From Gammaproteobacteria bacterium (GTDB lineage: Bacteria; Pseudomonadota; Gammaproteobacteria; GCA-002705445; GCA-002716945): 64,000 bases of DNA. The stretch lies in NCBI GenBank assembly GCA_038142325.1, contig JAYQJW010000002.1:683328-747327 (forward strand). The letters run 5' to 3'. The notes beneath the pieces were generated by a model, which was not told the origin of the DNA, made no database searches, and saw only the letters and a program-made list of their open reading frames with translations. A program made the position numbers and the translations under genes. The stretch's first letter is position 1; every line of letters starts with the position of its first letter. Positions 61,256-64,000 of the stretch are shown here, piece by piece.

Positions 61256-61612
61256 TTATTCTTTTTCGATTTTTAAATATATGTGTGACGCAGACCAGGC
61301 AATCATGATTAGTCCAAAAATAAGCTTGTATACCTGAAACAATTCTAGCACTACCATAAAAATGAATATCTCCGATTCCCAAAGTCGTATATGTGCTAAT
61401 TGAGTAATAAATTAAATCAATATAAGAATTGTCATGACTTCCCTGCATGTTATCAATTTCAATGAAATAGATAAATGAAAATAGAAGAACATGAAATAAG
61501 TGAGAAAATAATACAAGGATAATTGAAAAACTAAGGTTTGATGATAACTTTAAAAAAAGTGATGTGATCTTACACATACCAGAATTATTAATATTGTTAA
61601 AATAAAAACCAT
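61256..61612 (-). CDS. Pore-only potassium channel family protein (Ion_trans_2-like), apparent frameshifts
   Basis: TM with SHLFHVLLFS, pore helix LIYYSISTYTTLGIGDI, ARIVSGIQ, then in the shifted frame GLIMIAWSAS. Confidence 0.75.
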
Positions 61613-61643
61613 TTAAATAAATTATATAAGATAATATTAAGTT

Positions 61644-62724
61644 ATGAGAAATATTATATTTATCCTTATAGCATTTATATATCTACCCAATGTTTATGCA
61701 TCAGAAAACACTTAGTGTCTTTGATATATCCAATAATCTTAATGAGCCATGGGGAATGACATTTATAAATAATAAAACATTACTTATTACAGAAAAAACA
61801 GGAGCGATTATTAATGTTGATAGCACAACAGGTGATAAATATGAAATTGAGCATGATTTAGATTTTTATTATTACGGTCAAGGAGGATTGCTAGATATTT
61901 TATATCATGATGGCTATGTGTATGTTAGCTACTCTGAAGATAGAGGTGATGGGAAGTCATCAACATCTATTGCAAGAGGATTATATGATGATACAAAAAT
62001 AAATTTTCAAAATATTTTTAGAGCAGAACCACCTATCAATAGTGGTTATCATTTTGGATCTAGAATCGTTATCAAAGATAATCACTTGTATGCAACAGTG
62101 GGTGAACGTGGTAGAGGTATGATTGCACAAGATGTAACAAACCATCCAGGAAGTATAATAAGAATACATTTAGATGGATCAATACCAATAGATAATCCAA
62201 AGTTTATTGACAAACCAGATTGGCTACCTGAGGTCTATCAAATTGGTGTAAGAAATCCTCAAGGAATGTTCCTCTCCCCTTTTGATAATAAAATTTATAT
62301 TTCTAATCATGGAGCAAGAGGCGGTGATTTTTTTGGAGAAGTGAAAAAAGGAGAAAATTATGGGTGGAAGATTATTGGTTGGGGTGGAACGAACTATATA
62401 GGAACTAAAATTGGAGATGGAAGTGACTGGAAGCCAGGCTTTACAAAGCCATTATGGACATGGGTACCTTCAATTGCGCCAAGTAATATACTTATATATA
62501 GCGGTGATAAGTTTCCCGAATGGAATGGTGATGTGTTAGTAACTTCTCTTAAAAGCAAAACTTTGTTTAGACTTGATTTTGAAAATGGAGTTGTAAAGGA
62601 TCAATATATAGTTTTTGAAGACCTTATAGGAAGAATTAGAGATATTGAAATAAATAATAATGGAGAAATTTTCTTAATAGATTCAGGTAGTTCTGCAAGT
62701 CTATGGAAATTGAAAAATAAATAG
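61644..62724 (+). CDS. PQQ-dependent sugar (aldose / glucose-sorbosone) dehydrogenase family; signal peptide separated by an apparent frameshift
   Basis: MRNIIFILIAFIYLPNVYA signal at 61644; LNEPWGM, GQGGLLDI, HFGSRI, GVRNPQG, HGARGGD, GENYGW, SIAPS, GRIRDI. Confidence 0.92.
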
Positions 62725-62733
62725 GAGAGATAA

Positions 62734-63102
62734 ATGTATAGAATAGTTCAATTCTTGTTGATATATATTTTTATAGTACCTGCCTCAAGTGCAGAGACAT
62801 ATTTAGCAACGAGACAAGAATTATGGTTTCATGATTCAAGCTACTACAAAACATCGCATCATATTAAATTAGGAAAAAGTATGATGTTCAATGAATATAA
62901 GGTTTTTGGAGAAGTTGGTGTAGGAGAGGATATTCTAGAGGGTACGCCTGTTGGCTCAGGGGCTTCATATGATTATTTAAGATTTGGCTTTACCAAAACA
63001 TTTTATGATACTTTGAGGCTAAACATAAACTATAGAAGTAAAATGAAATCAGTCGGTAGAGATTTGAACTGGATTGTCATAAATACAAAATATAAATTCT
63101 AA
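62734..63102 (+). CDS. Small exported beta-strand protein with a C-terminal YKF (outer-membrane beta-signal-like)
   Basis: Signal peptide ending ASSA, alternating amphipathic strands, terminal Phe; RBS AGGAG. Confidence 0.65.
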   Translation: MYRIVQFLLIYIFIVPASSAETYLATRQELWFHDSSYYKTSHHIKLGKSMMFNEYKVFGEVGVGEDILEGTPVGSGASYDYLRFGFTKTFYDTLRLNINYRSKMKSVGRDLNWIVINTKYKF

Positions 63103-63154
63103 ACTATATTGTATTTAATACGAGTATCTAATCATAAGTTTGCTACAATAAATC

Positions 63155-63247
63155 ATGAGTTATGCGTTTTACATAATCACATTCTTTTTCCTTGCTATAG
63201 CTTATGCGGTTGTAATGATGTGTTTGGATGATAATACTGATATTTAG
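63155..63247 (+). CDS. Possible 30-aa single-TM microprotein
   Basis: MSYAFYIITFFFLAIAYAVVMMCLDDNTDI; a TACAAT -10-like box lies a few nt upstream; fills an otherwise long gap. Confidence 0.35.
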   Translation: MSYAFYIITFFFLAIAYAVVMMCLDDNTDI

Positions 63248-63269
63248 TAGTTCCAGTCATTAATAAATT

Positions 63270-63711
63270 ATGGTTAAAAAAGAAGACATAATTAATTTCG
63301 TCTCCTCATGGAAAAACGGAATTTTAAATATTGGAGAATATTTATAAAAAAGGTGGCGACTATAAAAAAGAAGCTGATCTTTTTTTAAAAAGACATTACC
63401 TTTTTGATAGTGAAGATGTTTTATTTAAGCCAACTTTAACTAGTGAAATAATATTCCGTAACTCGTTTGAAGGCGCTAAGTCCTATTTTGTCAAAGGTGA
63501 AATAGATGAAGATAAGGGGTTTGCAATTCAGAATTGGCAATCAATAGAACTACTTGAACTAAATACCATAATTGAAGAAAATTTAACTATAGCAATGGGT
63601 AAGATATGCTTTAAATCAGACCAAGTTACCAATGTCGCATTTACATTTGTTTTAAAGAACATAGATAATGAGCTTAAAATTAAAGTCCATCATTCGTCAC
63701 TTATACAATAA
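63270..63711 (+). CDS. Iota-class (COG4337-type, NTF2/SnoaL fold) carbonic anhydrase-like protein, apparent frameshift near 63340
   Basis: MVKKEDIINFVSSWKNGILNIG upstream; VLFKPTL, EGAKSYFV, EDKGFAI..W, AMG, C-terminal HHSSL. Confidence 0.75.
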
Positions 63712-63724
63712 TATTTAAAAATAT

Positions 63725-64000
63725 ATGAAAGAAAATAATTTAGAAAAATTAATAGGACAATGGCATAGAGACAGAAATCTCATTGATGGTAGTACAGACA
63801 AAGATCAGTTTATGAAACTATTGCAAGAAGTTGGAGAGTTATCAGACAGTCTGTGTAAGGGAAAAGACTTTAGAGACGATGTAGGTGATATTATGGTTGT
63901 TCTTATTAACATACTAGTAAGAAATGGAGTAACCATAGATGAATGTTTAGAGATTGCTTATAATTATATTAAGTATAGTAAAGGAAAAATGGTTGATGGA
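63725..64000 (+). CDS. MazG-like nucleotide pyrophosphohydrolase; runs off the window and is not in the ORF track
   Basis: WHRDRNLIDGSTDKDQFMKLLQEVGEL...DDVGDIMVVLIN...ECLEIAY..IK..KGKMVDG, with the ExxE...DxxD metal motif. Confidence 0.85.
   Translation, partial: MKENNLEKLIGQWHRDRNLIDGSTDKDQFMKLLQEVGELSDSLCKGKDFRDDVGDIMVVLINILVRNGVTIDECLEIAYNYIKYSKGKMVDG

Noticed and set aside
26846-63711. Calling the organism a sulfur-oxidising autotroph from the SOR-like gene plus the carbonic anhydrase
   Set aside because: The two genes are 36 kb apart, both functions are inferred, and no sox, dsr, sqr or RuBisCO genes are in the window.

Overview
Strongly AT-rich (judged by eye, not computed), densely packed core-genome segment of a streamlined proteobacterium, most likely a marine-type Gammaproteobacterium. 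Positions 1-58.6 kb are housekeeping gene strings: rne-mltF-dapD; smc-ligA; queF; the isc cluster followed by ndk-hisS-yfgM-bamB-der; trmJ and a suhB-like gene; queA-tgt-yajC-secDF; gyrA-pheA-hisC-tyrA-aroA-cmk-rpsA-ihfB-lapAB-pyrF; an mtaD-like gene with ubiG and gph; aroC-leuCDB-asd-fimV-truA-trpFBA-accD-folC-dedD-cvpA-purF; psd; tsaB. There are two tRNAs (Leu-CAA, Arg-CCT), and an accessory block of mostly exported or membrane proteins follows tRNA-Arg. About 25 genes, including essential ones, are broken by single-base indels, mostly in A/T runs. I read these as sequencing or assembly errors rather than pseudogenes. The best leads are: an SMC protein of about 927 aa with intact ATPase heads but no recognisable hinge domain; a half-size sulfur-oxygenase-reductase-like protein that keeps a candidate catalytic Cys and 2-His-1-Glu iron site; an isc operon that lacks iscU; two apparent pseudo-enzymes kept in their usual position (SuhB-like and MtaD-like); and an iota-class (COG4337-type) carbonic anhydrase in the tRNA-linked accessory block. 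I saw no CRISPR array, rRNA, transposase or integrase. All family assignments come from motif recognition and gene order; no searches were run.
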